Of a stretch of DNA of 64,000 nucleotides, positions 62,855 through 64,000 are shown piece by piece; the stretch's first letter is position 1, and every line of letters begins with the position of its first letter. Origin of the DNA: Strigamia acuminata (lineage: Eukaryota). The notes under the pieces are model-generated. The model was given only the letters and a program-made list of their open reading frames with translations. It made no database searches and was not told where the DNA came from. Made by a program: the position numbers and the translations under genes. The stretch spans positions 21,142,001 through 21,206,000 of the forward strand of contig OX442314.1 in NCBI GenBank assembly GCA_949358305.1, written 5' to 3'.

Positions 62855-63165
62855 CTACTTTTCTGACTTTCTTTGTCACTTCCAAATGACGCGCATGTCT
62901 CCGGGACAGACGAGTTAAATCGGCCGCCATAACAATGAAAGCGACCAATGTCCAATGCACATACTTTGCCTTTTGTAAAATGGGTGCGTTCATTCAAAAG
63001 TCTCTTTTTAAAAAGGAGGGAAAGGAAAAAACAGTTTTTTAAAGGAAGGAAAGGGCAGGTAACTTTTCCTTTCACAAATTGAACGCACCTAATGATTCCA
63101 CTTATCTCAAAATTACGTCTTTGTTGTGTTTGGTCAAACTGCTCATTTAGATTTTCCGGTTTCCA

Positions 63166-63341
63166 TCGTCCGAATCGAAGGAAATTATTTTCAATCTGCA
63201 ACGGGTTCGTTTTGCTCTAGCCGGTCACTATTTAAATATCTCATCTAACGTGAAGATTTGTCGCTTTGAATTTATATAATTTATAGTTTCAAGACTTCTT
63301 CCAAAACGAAGAAATTTGTTTTCCAAACAGCCAGGTTTTCT
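63166..63341 (-). pseudogene. Decayed FMRFamide-related (FLRFamide) neuropeptide precursor fragment
   Basis: RK-PGCLENKFLRF-GR (63341-63297) and KR-[2 nt]-PLQIENNFLRF-GR (63212-63166), separated by TAG TGA and a 1-nt frameshift. Confidence 0.7.
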
Positions 63342-64000
63342 ACTTAGTTCAGTTCACGGATCAATGTAGAGATCTGAGGCTTAACAGCAAACTCGGTTCA
63401 TTTCTTCAACATCATTTCTCCGATGCTCGTTTCTTCAACATCACATTCTCAAAGAGTACGTAAGTTTCTCAAAAATTGTGAAAATTATACTAAGTGCATT
63501 CAAGTTGGTTAAGATAAATCATGCTTAAAGTTTATAACCTCGTCGTTAAATAACTTGACATGATAGTTTGTTTCAACTTCCGGTGTAGCTAGCGCCCTCT
63601 GTCTGTAAAACTTAAGTTATGGCACAACAGGATTACAAGTAGCAACTACAGTATATTCCTGAACATCCTGAGTAGCAATGTTGCGCACGCTCAGTTAAAC
63701 AATTATTCAGATTTTAGCTGGCACAGCAAACTTTAAGTAATAGTATTACCAATATGAACGCACCTACTGTTTATACATGTTTATGCAAATTCCAACATCA
63801 AAAATCAATTTTTTAGGCCATTTCCCATCAATTTAGCACCTTTCTGACATGTTTCGAAGTTTGACAGATTCTGACCATTTTGTCAATGGTGTTTTTGCTA
63901 AAATCGGACACTTGGTCAGAATCCGTCAAAATTTAAAAAGTGCTGGAAAGGGAGAAAGATCTTAGAAATATCATTTTCAGAATTTCAGAATCTGCATATC

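Noticed and set aside
62110..62993. Two ORFs sharing ...MPTLHANCLCQLFMPTVHANSLC, and a CRISPR-like look of the repeats
   Set aside because: They are translations of the two arms of the foldback element; the 13-bp units are contiguous with no unique spacers, and the DNA is eukaryotic

Overview
Gene-dense, AT-rich eukaryotic DNA with mostly short (~55-100 nt) spliceosomal introns. It looks like a compact invertebrate genome, probably an arthropod: the TPH N-terminus [15 protein letters not shown] is arthropod-like, but the species cannot be determined. Hand-spliced genes, in order: intronless transportin-3 (-, runs off the window), Tollip (+), a SYCP1-like coiled-coil protein (-), NELL (-, 9 kb first intron), SmE with a U12-type intron (-), tryptophan hydroxylase with two alternative first exons (+), two tandem neutral sphingomyelinase (SMPD2-like) copies (-) carrying different MITE insertions, Tudor-SN/SND1 (-), TMEM216/80-like (+), PAWR (-), WDR77/MEP50 (-), a DEG/ENaC gene broken by a 7-bp duplication (-), a GMC oxidoreductase (-), a GM2-activator-like ML protein (+), a young 618-bp foldback element and a decayed FLRFamide precursor. 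Most notable: (1) a candidate 41-nt NELL cassette exon that would switch the last exon into a second frame encoding a GPI-signal-like tail; (2) a canonical SYCP1 N-terminal motif; (3) apparent ancient macrosynteny with one human paralogon; (4) the FLRFamide relic. Gene names and reference comparisons come from recalled family knowledge, not database searches.
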